Source: Octopus vulgaris | Lineage: Eukaryota | Direction of reading: 5' to 3' | Length of the DNA stretch: 64,000 nt | NCBI GenBank assembly: GCA_951406725.2 | Contig: OX597819.1 | Span: forward strand, 43,896,001 to 43,960,000 | Shown here: positions 44,915 to 60,654 of the stretch, piece by piece | Layout of the letters: each line of letters starts with the position of its first letter | How positions within the stretch are numbered: the stretch's first letter is position 1 | The notes under the pieces: generated by a model | What the model saw: only the letters and a program-made list of their open reading frames with translations | Databases searched by the model: none | Told to the model about the DNA's origin: nothing | Translations under genes and position numbers: made by a program

Positions 44915-45281
44915 ATACTTATTCTGTTGTCATTTATTGAACTGTGATCATGAAGGTGCATAATCATCAAGCATAATCATTTTTGAAGGTAGGTACATAT
45001 TTTACGGATTAGTTGAATCGTAAACAAACGAACACCGGTTGTCAAGCGGTGGCGGGTGACAGATACTGACACAAAGATACACCTAGATATACTTATATAC
45101 GACGAGTTCTTTACATTTCCGTCCATCTTTCGTCGGCAAGAGGCTAGAGTTTCAGCCATTTGACTGTGCCCATGCTGGAGCACCACCTTTCGTCAAACAA
45201 ATCGAACCCAGGACTCGTTCTTCGTAAGCCTATTACTGCGCTGTAAGTAGCTTGCTTACCAACCACATGGTTCCGGGTTCA
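44915..45281. mobile_element. Scrambled SINE family A fragments including a second tail-head inverted junction
   Basis: - strand body pieces at 44915-45125, inverted tail at 45149-45237, + strand head to 45281. Confidence 0.75.
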
Positions 45282-46104
45282 TGGTTCTGACTGAAGCCGG
45301 TACATTCTGCTACATTTTGATAGTATTCCTTCTCCCACCATATAAATTTCATCCACATTCTCTTGTATGTTTGCTTCAACTCCCACTTTTGTTCAGCCAC
45401 TTGCACTTTAGAACTTTCTGTCTTACTTCCACACACTCTTTTTCTTTCATGGTTTAGCACTACATAAAAGGCAAGTGGGAAACTTTTCTCTATAAATATG
45501 TAAATAAAGCAACATTCAAATTTCACTTCGATTTCTATAGGGTATATCTTATATATTGAAATAATAGTAGTTCATAATTTAGCTATATTTAACAGGCTCA
45601 TTATGATTTTCTTAAGCTACAAGCTAGAATACTCAAAGGTGAAAAGCCAGCATGTGAATCTATAGAATTTTGAAATTATTCTTTTGTGTTACCTGTCTTT
45701 TTCATACACTATATCTTCAGTGTGGAACATAAATTTGTATTTAAAAAAGTTTGCGAGAAGGTAATTTGTGGATAATTTCGGTGAAATTCAAAGAAAATAA
45801 TAACGTTAGACGATTGAATTATTCACAATGCTTTGCTTTCTGTTGCTAGTCACATATTGACAGTTTGCATAATATATATGACTGTATGTGTATGTATGAT
45901 TGTATGCATAAGTATTTGTGTATATATGTATAAATATATGTGTGTATATACACACATGCTTATATATATATATATATATATATGAGTATATACAAAAATG
46001 TCTAAAGAGTAATTGCTGATTAGATGAACATATGTATCCTGAAGGTCATGCTATCTTAATGGAATCATTTTTGCATTGAAAGAAGATAAACAAAGACCTA
46101 GCGT

Positions 46105-48073
<1,969 letters not shown>

Positions 48074-48078
48074 TGTTC

Positions 48079-48216
<138 letters not shown>

Positions 48217-49106
48217 TTGCGTCAATGAGGAGCAGATAATTCAGATAAGCGAACAGAGATGTATTCATTCAAATAATGAGCCAGCCCGAGAGCCACTACA
48301 TGTTTGTTCCGAATTGCTAGTAATAACAGTTAAATACCTCTCAAATCAAAAACAATCACCTTTGAAAAAGAACATGTATTATAATGGAGTGTTGGATATA
48401 ATCTGGCCGAATATAGCATACGATAGCGGCGTAAACGTCATTGAAAATTGATCTGCTGTTACAAGGACTTCTGGAGATTAGCCAACATCAACATACACAT
48501 GCACACAAATATACATGGAACACACACACACACTCAACTATAGACATACATCCATGAACATTATCTATTTTGTTATCTATCTACCTCTATCGTTCTCACT
48601 CGGTCTAGCTCTCTCTCCCTCTGTCCGTCTGTATATATGATGGATTTTCTTATCGCGAACGACAATCGAGGGTTCAGTAAAATAAAGCGGTAATCATGGT
48701 CTACGGACACCAATGTGTCTCTTGAGGCCTGCTGGTGCCTTGAAAACCTTTTGGCAAATAGAACAAGTTCAGGACTTGTGAATAATTTACTATGTGTTTT
48801 CTTGAGCGGACAGCAAGACCGGTTTCCATTTAGAGAAGCGTTTTACTAGCTTCGTGCAATGGCCATACTCGATAACGAGGGGGCAGCCACCATGTATGTA
48901 TGTATGTATGTATGTATGTATGTATGTATGTATGTATGTATGTATGTATGTATGTATGTATGTCCAGTTTCGTATCTTAAAGCGAGAAAAACAATCAACT
49001 CATCTCCACGAATTGAATACTATATTCGTCTTCGTAAATCTCCCTCTCAATCCGTCTTTCTTTGACACTTCAGTGTCTCAGTTTCTATGTCTGAGGTCTC
49101 TTGTCT

Positions 49107-49220
<114 letters not shown>

Positions 49221-49238
49221 GGCTGACTGCCTGTCTGC

Positions 49239-49340
<102 letters not shown>

Positions 49341-49341
49341 G

Positions 49342-49413
<72 letters not shown>

Positions 49414-49578
49414 ACGAACTATTCATCTATATCTATGTGCTTTTCGCTTGCATACATATTTGTAATAACGTTGTAATGAAATCTATTTGACGGCGATAGA
49501 AATGGTTGATAAATAACTTTGATGAAAACAACGACAACGGTCCTAAGTAATGACGACGACGATGATGACGATGATGAC

Positions 49579-49610
<32 letters not shown>

Positions 49611-49816
49611 CGATGCCGACGATGATAATGACAGAAATGAGAAAGCTGACCACGTCATTCTACTCTGAGTTTTAATTAAGTTTAGATCTAAAGTAGCGAA
49701 TCCAATCGCTCTGACGTTTCATGCACCCAAGAAACTTTGATCATGTGTCAGACAAGTTTTAAATAAGAACTGTATTTCCAGAGTTGACATCTAACTAATC
49801 GTCATGATCATCATCG

Positions 49817-49888
<72 letters not shown>

Positions 49889-50758
49889 CCATCACCATCA
49901 TCATCATCGTCGTCGTCGTCGTTGGCGGCCTTGTCGTCGTTGGCGTCGTTGTCGTCGTTGGCGGCGTTATCGTCGTTGGCGGCGTTGTCGTTGTTGTGGT
50001 TGGTTGTTGTTGTTGTTATTATTATTATCAGTCATACACAGAGGTATATAGTAAGGTGTGCATAATTCCTTGTGTTAATGAACATAGGTTGTGTTTATCT
50101 TTTATTTACTTATTTCATTCGCCAGCATGTACTACCTACAGTTTTACAAACTATATGCGTGTACGTTCTCGTACGTAATTATACACATTCATACGTACTG
50201 GATGCTGTATACGTCACGTATGTGGATACAACATTATTATGGAGTATGCAAGAATGCATCAGGTGTATAAGTCAATTACTCGTTTTTTTTTTTTATGCAG
50301 TCAGTTCTTGCAGTTACGCCACTGGTTCGCGTGCTAAATATTTCTCTTTCATTTTTAATTTTTAATTCCCGTGAAAGTCGCCCCTTTTTGTCTCATGTCG
50401 ACATTACGAAAACACGCGACCTGCACTGACTAGCCACAAAAGACTTGCTGTCTGAAGATAAAGACTTCTGTTCTGTTTTGCTGAAACTATTAATCATAGT
50501 CATTTTCGTTTCAGCCAGCAGAATTTTACACGCATGTACACACACTTACACACGTACGCACCGCCCCACACACATGTATGCATGTAGATACGTACGTGCG
50601 GAGCGACGAGTAGATGGATGGGTGCGTGTATGTAAATGTATAATATCTATCTATCTACGGTTGTGTTCTTTCTGTGCTTTCTTACCTTTGTTTTATCTAC
50701 GCACACTCACATGCATATATATATATAGTATTCATATATATATATATATGTATATAGT

Positions 50759-50811
<53 letters not shown>

Positions 50812-50819
50812 ATATAGTA

Positions 50820-50861
<42 letters not shown>

Positions 50862-50864
50862 GTA

Positions 50865-50903
<39 letters not shown>

Positions 50904-51032
50904 CTCGTTTCAGCCATGCGGCCGTGTTCATGCTGGAGCACCACCATAATTGGTGCCGATTAGTTCGAATTTCTCAATAACAACGTTATTGTTGGGATTC
51001 TTGCTGTTCTGCGTGCACCATTTAGTGATTTA

Positions 51033-51089
<57 letters not shown>

Positions 51090-51173
51090 TGGGGCTCCGT
51101 ATACAACATAACCCTGCAATACACATATGCAAAATAGGAGGAATAAAATAAACGAAAACAATGCCTTACCGTT

Positions 51174-51236
51174 AATAGCGAACATGTTTCTGGATCGGAG
51201 GTGAGAAAATGCCTCATGTCTTTCATCAGCGCCATC
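51174..51236 (-). ncRNA. Minimal HHR motif (inverted copy)
   Basis: Reverse complement of 51782-51844. Confidence 0.65.
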
Positions 51237-51781
51237 TTCGTTAGCGTTATCAAATGCCACCAGCCTCCACTTTTGACCAGGCGTCATCAAATAGTGGGGG
51301 GAAAGTGAACATAGGCTAAAGCTATGTAGGCGATTGAATCCGTAAATTCTCCCTCCAAAATTCTACCATGCGCACCACAAGGATAGTCGTTAGGGAGTGA
51401 AAAATCCAATATAATAATAAGGGTAAATAATTTTTTCGATGGTTTTTCAGGCAACCAACAATTATTTACCGGTAGATTTCGGTATGTAAATATGACCTTT
51501 AGCGGTGGGAACTTCTGTGGAGTTCAGTATATATAGAGTTCAGTATATATAGTATATAAGTAGAAGGGCAGGCAACAAAATTATTTACCCTTATTATTAT
51601 ACTACTAATTGGATTTTTCACTCCCTAACGACTACCCTTGTGGTGCGCATGGTAGAATTTTGGAGGGAGAATTTACGGATTCAATCGTCTACATAGCTTT
51701 AGCCTATGTTCACTTTCCCCCCACTATTTGATGACGCCTGGTCAAAAGTGGAGGCTGGTGGCATTTGATAAAGCTAACGAA

Positions 51782-51844
51782 GATGGCGCTGATGAAAGAC
51801 ATGAGGCATTTTCTCACCTCCGATCCAGAAACATGTTCGCTATT
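51782..51844 (+). ncRNA. Minimal type I HHR motif
   Basis: gatggcg-CTGATGA-...-a-GAAA-CATG-TT-cgctatt. Helix I is 7 bp (two G-U), helix III is palindromic ACATGT, GUU site; the base of helix II is non-canonical. Confidence 0.68.
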
Positions 51845-52137
51845 AACGGTAAGGCATTGTTTTCGTTTATTTATTCCTCCTATTTTGCATATGTGTATTG
51901 CAGGGTTGTGTCGTATACAGAGCCCCACTTGTAGAAAATGGAAATAAACAGTCTCTGACTGCTATTTCTAATTCTTTCGGTATGCGGCAAAGCAACTGTT
52001 GCCTGCCCTTCTACTTATATACTATATATACTGAACTCCACAGAAGTTCCCACCGCTAAAGATCATATTTACATACCGAAATCTACCGGTAAATAATTGT
52101 TGGTTGCCTGAAAAACCATCGAAAAAATTATTTACCC

Positions 52138-52205
<68 letters not shown>

Positions 52206-52211
<6 letters not shown>

Positions 52212-52422
52212 TCAATTTAGGTAGTAAAAAATTCGATAGAAATTTATCACTACCAGCGGCCCAGTGGGAAAGAAAAATAGTCATGAGACTAAAATGTAAA
52301 TATATAACAATTTAGGAATGGCCTTAACAGGCCATTCGTCCACTAGACAGAGCAGCCATAACTTGGTTGGAGTTATGGCTGCTCTGTCTAGTGGACGAAT
52401 GGCCTGTTAAGGCCATTCCTAA

Positions 52423-52430
<8 letters not shown>
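52206..52430. mobile_element. Fold-back PLE-type terminus with perfect 57-bp arms in (TA)n
   Basis: 52307-52363 and 52371-52427 are exact inverted repeats around a 7-nt loop. Confidence 0.7.
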
Positions 52431-52492
<62 letters not shown>

Positions 52493-52540
52493 CATATATA
52501 TATACATACATACATATATATACATATATTTATATATATA

Positions 52541-53837
52541 CACGAAGGGTATTCATTAAAGATTTCCTCTAACCTGCTCCTCGTTATTGTAGGAAACGGA
52601 ACCTGAACAGGTATAATCATGCATGTCTCTACATGTCACATTGTGAATTGTAGCTTTCCACTAGAATTCCTTTGTCCCTTACGGATGCTGAAGTGGGCTA
52701 AGTTGTTGAAATGGAGGCAGTTGAATGCAGATCAGTGATCAGGTTCTTATACTTGAAATGTACACCAAAATAAACTTTGGAAGAGATGAAAGACGTTTAT
52801 GGTGACGATGCACGATCATATGACGTAGTCAAGTACAGGCATCGCCAGTTCAAATTTGGTCGTTCTTCAGTAGAAATTTCTCCTATTCCTGGACGACCAC
52901 ATTCCGCCATTGATGACGACACCATCCATAAAGTGGAAGCCGCCACTCTGGAGGATTTGGAGGATAGCCGCCTAACTGTTCGACATATAGCCCAATTAAT
53001 GAAAATAAGTGTAGGGTCCGTGGAAAAAATCATTCACAACCATTTGCTTATGGGGAAGTTGTCCGCGCGATGGATTCCCTGGATGCTCATACGTTTTCTG
53101 AAGCAAGAACGAGTCAATTGCTCTCAAGCCTTTTTGGCAATGTATCAAGAAAACGAGGACTTTTTCGACAGACTTATCACACAGGATAAAACATAGGTCC
53201 ATCACTATGTTCCTCAAAGTCCAGTCGAAGCAATGGAAATATGATAACTCACCATCTCCAAAGAAGGCTCGTGTCCATCCCTCAGCAGGCAAGGTAATGC
53301 TCACAGTTTTTTGGGACCATCGTGGAGTAGTGATGATGGATTTTCTAGCAAAGGGCACCACAATTAACGGGGCATATTATGCTTCTCTGCTGCAAGAACT
53401 GCGGGACGCCATCAAAGCGGAGAAACGTGGCATGCTGACCAAAGGAGTCTGCCTCATCCAAGACAACGCCTCAGTTCACAATGTGTATGCTGCCCAGATG
53501 AAAGCTCACACCTACGGTTATGAAATCCTTCCTCATCCCCTTTACTCTCCCGATCTCACACCATGTGACTTCTACCTCTTTCCAACCATGAAGTCTTTTT
53601 TGAAGGGGAAGCACTTTTCAGATGATGATGAACTTATTTCCGAGGTAAAGACTTGGCACCAGATGCAACCTACCGACTTCTCTATAGACGCGGTCTTCAC
53701 AGCAGCATAAGGCGATGGGAGAAGTGTGTCACCACTGGTGGTGGCTATGCAAAGAAGGACTAATAATTATGTCACGTATCCTTTATCCCGATCCTTTGAA
53801 GTGGGTTAGGGAAAATCTTTAATGAACACCCCTCGTG
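52541..53837 (+). mobile_element. Full-length mariner element, decayed
   Basis: TIRs cacgaagggtattcattaaagatttcctctaacc / ggttagggaaaatctttaatgaacacccctcgtg; about 1.3 kb. Confidence 0.95.
52711..53763 (+). pseudogene. mariner DD34D transposase (irritans-like), disrupted
   Basis: RSVIRFLYLK, ARWIP, ITQDKT, SAGKVMLTVFWD, QDNA, YSPDLTPCDF (34 residues between D and D); stops and frameshifts. Confidence 0.95.
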
Positions 53838-53839
53838 TG

Positions 53840-53895
<56 letters not shown>

Positions 53896-54225
53896 CACAC
53901 CCAAACACATACACATACGTGTGTGTTTGTGTGTGAATGTGTGTGTATGCGTTATTGTTTGTCCTGCAATTCGTTTGGATTTGGAGTCTCTAGACTGCGG
54001 TGCAATAGATGCAGTGAGTGACCCATGTGTGACCTTCATGACTCGTTGTGTATTCAGTCAGCCATTTGTGAAGGTATGCGTAACTGGAGAACAAATCCGT
54101 GTTTACGTTTGTGAGTACGTATCTGTCCTTAAGCATTGCTTGAGTTGACCTTGGGCCTTTCACTATTTAAGTATCCGATTCTCTTGAACCCTGAAAATAT
54201 TTTGTATACTCTCTCAAACACACAC

Positions 54226-54280
<55 letters not shown>

Positions 54281-54559
54281 TATATATATATTGCCAGTAA
54301 TATACACGGGACAATTGAGTAAACGTCCTTGCTTGTAAAATAAAATAGGGAACGGAGTATAAATGAAAAACAGTTCATATCAGCCCTAGTCAAAAGTAAT
54401 TATGTTTTTTGCTCTGAGGCTATTTTTCTTTGTATTTTTATTGTTTATTTTGTAACGAAAGTCTTGTTTTTTTTATGACACAGTTCAATATATTGTCGCC
54501 TGTGTTTCTTAAAACTTTAAAGGTATCGATTTCAAACACGAACGCAAAACTACACATCT

Positions 54560-54745
54560 GAAAAATTGGTAGAGGCAATTGCATCGATTATTCCGTAATT
54601 TACGGGTACATAGTTTATCCACCCCGAAAGGATGAAAGGCAACTACGAAAAAGAGAGAGTAAGAGCAGGATGCGAACTCAGAACGTAAAGAAACGTAAGG
54701 GAAAAAATAAAGAAAAATACCACACGGTATCTTATCCACCGCTTA
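54560..54745 (-). mobile_element. Decayed SINE family B
   Basis: accccgaaaggatgaaaggcaa and gaactcagaacgtaa. Confidence 0.65.
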
Positions 54746-55161
54746 GGCTACTCTACGACTGCAAGAATATTATCGATTAAAATACAGTAAAATTATTATT
54801 GAAATGAAATATCTCCAGCTACCTTCCTACCCTGTACTGTAAGAAAGAAACAAACGAAATAATAAAACATGTCTCTAAAAAAAAAATGACATGAATTAAT
54901 AACAATTAAAATATTATATTACGGGTATAGTGTATGTAGACACACCCAAGTAACGATTCGTCTTTCCTATAATGGTGAAAAATAAAATAAAAAGAAAAGC
55001 GAAAGAAATTCGTGTCACTGCTTAATTAAAGACTGTTTCTCAAGTTTAAAGTTGGAATCGAACTGTAGTTCGATCCTAACATCAAACAATAATATTTGTA
55101 TTTATTTATTTATTTATATATTTATTTATTTATTTATGTGTTTACTTAGCTGTGTAGCTTT

Positions 55162-55209
<48 letters not shown>

Positions 55210-55262
55210 TTACATATTCATATATATATATATATATATATATATAAATTTACATATTCATA

Positions 55263-55349
<87 letters not shown>

Positions 55350-56921
55350 GTGTGTGTGCGTATGTATGCACGCATGAAATATATACAGACATACATAATC
55401 ACACATAAGGTTATTCCTGTATTTATTTTTTTTTTTCATCAATTTCTGAAGAATTTCTTTGGCAAACTTTACAATAGTCCATACGCCTATTTCTCTCGAT
55501 ATCTTTGAATATAATGTTGTTGTTGCTGTTGTAATTATTGTTGTTGTTAACACCTTCTTCTTCTTCTTCTTCTTCTTCTTCTTCTTCTTCTTCTTCTTCT
55601 TCTTCTTCTTCTTCTTCTTCTTCTTCTTCTTCTTCTTCTTCTTCTTCTTCTTCTTCACCGTTTCTTAGTCTTTTGTCTCATAATCAGGCTTGTTACTCCC
55701 GCTACTATTTGCTACTCTTTCCAACTAAATCCATTACATTGTCTCCTCCTCCTCCTCCTCCTCCTCCTCCTCCTCCTCATCATCATCATCATCATCACCA
55801 CCACCACCACCACTGTACTCACACCAACTCGGATCCGGAATAGTATTACCTGTTAGTTTCCCAGCTAAGGGTTATCTACCATGTGAATCACTGGGAATGA
55901 AGAACTCCTAGTTTATGTTAGAACTTCTTTTTAGGGGAAGGTAAACTCGTTTAAAGAAAAGCGTAAGTGCGGTCGGTTTCGGATCGTCTCAATCTTTGTT
56001 GTGTTTTAGGGGCTAGAACTGATTGTGCCGAAAAGTGTGTTCAGTACTCTGCAACACTTTATCCACTCAAAACAAATTTACGCACAGGAACTCTTTGGAT
56101 CCTGGGAACCTTTGCATGGACTTATAAATTTAGGAAATGGTCTTACTCTGTCACAAGTTAACTTGCACCATGCATGTATGCATGGATGGGTGGGTGGATG
56201 GATGGATGAATAGGATGTTGGGTGGAACGATGGATGTGTGGTAGTTATTTCCCTCCAGATGCGTAGGTAATCACCTTGTGGAGGGTGTATTCACACCTTA
56301 TAAGTACTTAATTATCGATGTTTGAAATGTCTTGCCTTTAAGTCTGAAGTTAGCATTTGTAATGAGATTCCAGTATTTGAAGAAATTTAGGTCGTAATTA
56401 ATTTATTGAGGATTATTCAGATCAAAAATTTGTTGGAAGTGTAGAGTTTGGAATTGGTGTTGTTTCAATGTAAAGAGTATTCATTGTTTTAACTTTGATA
56501 TAAATAGAATCTTTGTTTTGATCCAAAGTTTAAAAAATAGAGCCGCCAATGAAAGAAACGTGTGAGGTCTGTATTGAAGGTGGCTGTGTATTTTAGTGGT
56601 GGTGAAATTGCGTGTGAACAATGTCCGCGGGAAAGAATATTTGAGCAGTGTTAGATTGCATCTCGGGCATCGAAAAGTGAACAAATCTGCATGAAAAAAG
56701 ATTTCAGTATTATTAGATTGTGACTTCAGCATCGAAATGTGGATTATTTAAATTTTCAGCTATTGGGAGATTTTACTAAAGCTCTGAAGCTCTCTCGTCT
56801 TGATAGAAAAAGGAATTTGCAAACGCTTGTTAAACGCAGAAAGAACGAAACTACTGGAATATTCAGATGAATGTTAATATAAAAAAACTCTAAACGACGT
56901 ATATATGAACAGCGTTTTATT

Positions 56922-57732
56922 CTTTTCTACACCAGGTACAAGGCCCGAAATTTTTAGATCGACCCCAGTACGTAGCTGGTACTTAATTTATCGACCCCAA
57001 AAAGATGAAAGGCAAAGTCGACTTCGGTGGAATTTGAACTCAGAACGTAAAGATAGATGAATTACCGCCAAGCATTTCGCCCGGCGCGCTAACGTTTCTT
57101 ATTTCTTTACTGCCCACAAGGGGCTATACACACAGGGGACAAACAAGGACAGACAAACGGATTAAGTCGATTATATCGACCCCAATGCGTAACTGGTACT
57201 TATTTAAATCGACCCCGAAAGGATGAAAGGCAAAGTCGACCTCGGCGGAATTTGAACTCAGAACGTAGCGGCAGACGAAATACCTATTTCTTTACTACCC
57301 ACAAGGGGCTAAATACAGAGAGGACAAACAAGGAAGAGACAAACGGATTAAGTAGATTATATCGACCCCAGTATAACTGGTACTTAATTTATCGACCCCG
57401 AAAGGATGAAAGGCAAAGTTGGCCTCAGCCGAATTTGAACTCAAAACGTAGCGGCAGACGAAATACCGCTAAGCATTTCGCCCGGCGTGCTAACGTTTCT
57501 TATTTCTTTATTGCCCACAAGGAGCTACACACAGAGGGGACAGACAAGGACAGACAAAGGGATTAAGTCGATTATATCGACCCCAATGCATAACTGGTAC
57601 TTATTTAATCAACCCCGAAAGGATGAAAGGCAAAGTTGACCTCGGCGGAATTTGAACTCAGAACGTAGCGGCAGACGAAATACCGCTAAGCATTTCGCCC
57701 GTCATGCTAACGTTTCTGCCAGCTCGACATTT
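56922..57732 (-). mobile_element. SINE family B tetramer flanked by one 18-bp target-site duplication
   Basis: Four cores; flanks tatgaacagcgttttatt (56904-56921) and tatgagcagcgttttatt (57733-57750). Confidence 0.92.
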
Positions 57733-58520
57733 TATGAGCAGCGTTTTATTGCTAATTAAAAATGTTAATAATAAATATAGTTTTGGAAAATACCAATTAC
57801 AAAATTTACAATCAGTTCAATATCATATTGTATATATAGATATAAACTTGGATCTATAATTCGGAGAAAGATTATCGACACGGAATTGTAGATAAAATAT
57901 TTCGATATATCTTAGATGTAACTATGACATCTCATTTTGTCCTGGAGAAGAAGTTTCAAGTTGATCAGCCAGTAGTCGTTAGTTTTTGCACTCTGTTTCT
58001 TTTTATCTTCGACTTTTTCGTTCGATACATCACTCTATATCCGCCCCTCCTTATCTTTGGTTAGATGTTAAATACTTTCGTTCTAGCTTCGGATAGATGA
58101 ATCGATAACCGATAGAAAGAACACGGAAATGGCAACCAAGTTGCTTTTTGATAATATTTTCCTGTCGTATCCCAAGCTAGCCCACCTCCCAATACATGTA
58201 CTTCCACCCTCCTCCGTACCAACACCAACGCCAACACCAACACCAACTCCAATACTAACACCAAAACTTCGATATTGCCCGAATGATCGATGTATCTCAT
58301 TTCAAGTTGGATATTTAATGCCTAACTTTCGTAAATCTTTAGTCGTATGTTCTATCATCTTCCATGTGTTGCGCCATTAATAAGATCTTCAGAGATCGCA
58401 AGGGAATTAAAGAATGTTCTTCAAGTCCCAAGCTGCTTATTATGACTTCATATCGAATACGATCTTCAACAGATCTTCTCCCTATCAATAATAATGATGA
58501 TGATAATAATAATAATAATA

Positions 58521-58575
<55 letters not shown>

Positions 58576-58818
58576 TTAATAATAACTACAGCAGCAGCAA
58601 CAACAACAACAACAACAGCAACGTCAACAACAACAACAAGATCATCAACAATGCAATAATGACGGTGATGGTAATAAATTCAATAAGGGATCAATTATTA
58701 ATAATTAAGTTTTTTTTAATTGAACATTTAGTTGGGAACATAAAAAGACAAGGGATTGTGTATGTGTGTGAGGGAGAGAGGGTATGTACACGTATGTAGA
58801 ATATTCTTTTTAGACGGT

Positions 58819-58866
<48 letters not shown>

Positions 58867-59554
58867 CATGTATGTATGCATGTATGTATGCATGTATGTA
58901 TGCATGTATGTATGCATGTATGTATGTATGTATGTGTGTGTGTGTTTATGCTGGTATATGTACATGTATATGTATGTGTGTACGTCCGTTTATGTATATA
59001 GTGTATGTGTGTAGAGGAGAAACCGAATATCGCCACAAAGATTTTATTGAACCTAAGTCCCCTAAAAAAACATCGGCTTTTTGATCTAAGGATTGTCTCA
59101 TTGATTCATAGCTTAGTTCTGCTAAAGTAGCCAACCTTGTAATTGATTTCTTTGTCATGTAATACAATTTTGTTAGATAATTGATTGGAGATCTAACCTA
59201 ACCCCAATTTTTTGTTTTAGCTTTTAAAATTAACAAACACAAATTATAATTTCTTTTGTATATGTATATATATTTTTATATGGAGTTTTATTTTACCGTG
59301 TTGTTGTTGATGCTGTTGTGTTTTGCGATGTATCCTTCAACGTAGCTTCACAATGTCAATGTTTTTCAGAAACGGTTTAGGAAATAGAGTAGATGATTTC
59401 ACGTCTTAAAGAGCTGCTTTTATTGTATATTTTTCACTAAATTTTTTTTTTATAAGATTATTTTTTTTTTTTTTTTTGCGTGTGTAACTCGGCGAGTTTC
59501 CTTGATATTATTGTGAGGTAAATTCTCGTTTGTGGATTTCTATTAAAAAAATAG

Positions 59555-59993
59555 GTATGGCTCTGTGGTAAGAAGCTTGCTTCCCAGCCACATGGTTCCG
59601 GGTTCAGTCCCACTGCGTGGCGCCTTGGGCAAGTGTCTTCTTCTAATACAGCCTCGGACCGAGCCAGAACTTTTTAGTGGATTTGGTAGTCAGAAATTGA
59701 AAGAAGCCAGTCGTATTTATATATATTCGTATTTATATATATATATATAAATATATAATATATCTGTGTGTGTGAGTGTGTGTGTGTGCGTGTTTGTCCC
59801 CCAGTATCGCTTGACAACCGGTGTTGGTGTCTTTACATCCCTGTAATTTAGTACTTCGGCAAAAGTGGCCGATAGAATAAGTGCCAGACTTAAAACAAGT
59901 CATTGGATCGATTCAATCGACTAAAGATTCTTCAAGGCCGTGCTCCTGCATGACCGCAGTCTAATAACTGAAATAAGTAAAAGATAAAAGATA
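59555..59993 (+). mobile_element. SINE family A, older near-full-length copy
   Basis: Head, linker and (aaaagat)n tail all align to the 38654 copy. Confidence 0.88.
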
Positions 59994-60654
59994 ATAATAT
60001 AAATGAATACGAGGGCATCTATGCGGTCATTTAGCTTGCTAGGAACAGCAGCTAAATCCCCCCTCTACTCTCAACTACTTGTCTTGTAAAATGAGTTAAC
60101 CGTTGATAATTTCTTTCTTGATCCAAACTTTGCACCTCCAAGACAAACCTAGGGGTAAATACCAAGAATAGTATTTAACTTTGCTATATACGGGTATTTC
60201 TTGTATATGTTGAAGACTTATAGAATTAAAAAATAAAATGGAAACAACGCAAAGCAATTATGTTCCAGAGAAACACCAATCATCTCAGTCTTATCAGAAT
60301 TGTAGGAGACAGCATGTAAATGTTCTTAAGTTAATACCACTAAGTTTTTTTTCTAATCCACGCTCAACAAATTCTGCTAATCCACATATAATAAAACGTT
60401 GCAAGGGTTTTATTTTTCTTCATTCGTTTTAATGACAGAATTAAAATATTAGAAGAAATTCACATTTTGTAGGCGGAAGCTGTGTAGAAACCACTGTTAT
60501 ATAGACATATACATACATACATATAGTTATACAGAGAGATATACATGCATACGTCTGTACGCGCGCACATACACATACACACACATACTATATGTGTGCG
60601 TGCGTGGGTATATGGGTGCTTACTTTAAGTGTAGTGCATATATGTCAAACTAAC

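Larger units (their letters stand above)
51087..52150. mobile_element. Retrozyme-like / non-autonomous PLE unit: one direct and one inverted, permuted copy
   Basis: 51087-51434 is inverted to 51577-51930, and 51411-51576 is inverted to 51997-52148. The + copy begins and ends with aaaattatttacccttattattat (spacing 547 nt). Flanked by (TA)n. Confidence 0.8.

Noticed and set aside
51728-51934. Duplicated 68-86 aa ORFs (MMTPGQKW...)
   Set aside because: They are duplicated only because of the inverted repeat; no recognisable domain, and they overlap the HHR motif.
53940-54130. Unique island with an AAG|GTATGC donor-like site
   Set aside because: No clear acceptor or preferred frame; cannot be distinguished from chance without RNA data.
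56380-56850. CPRC-containing frame suggesting a LINE zinc knuckle
   Set aside because: No second motif could be aligned; too degenerate to call.
56922-57732. Regularly repeated blocks resembling a CRISPR array
   Set aside because: Units are ~185-220 bp SINE bodies with no unique spacers, in a eukaryotic context with no cas genes.
58270-58490. EDRIRYEVI / KDLRKLGI fragments on -, RTE-like
   Set aside because: Two short motifs in different frames; suggestive but below the support threshold.
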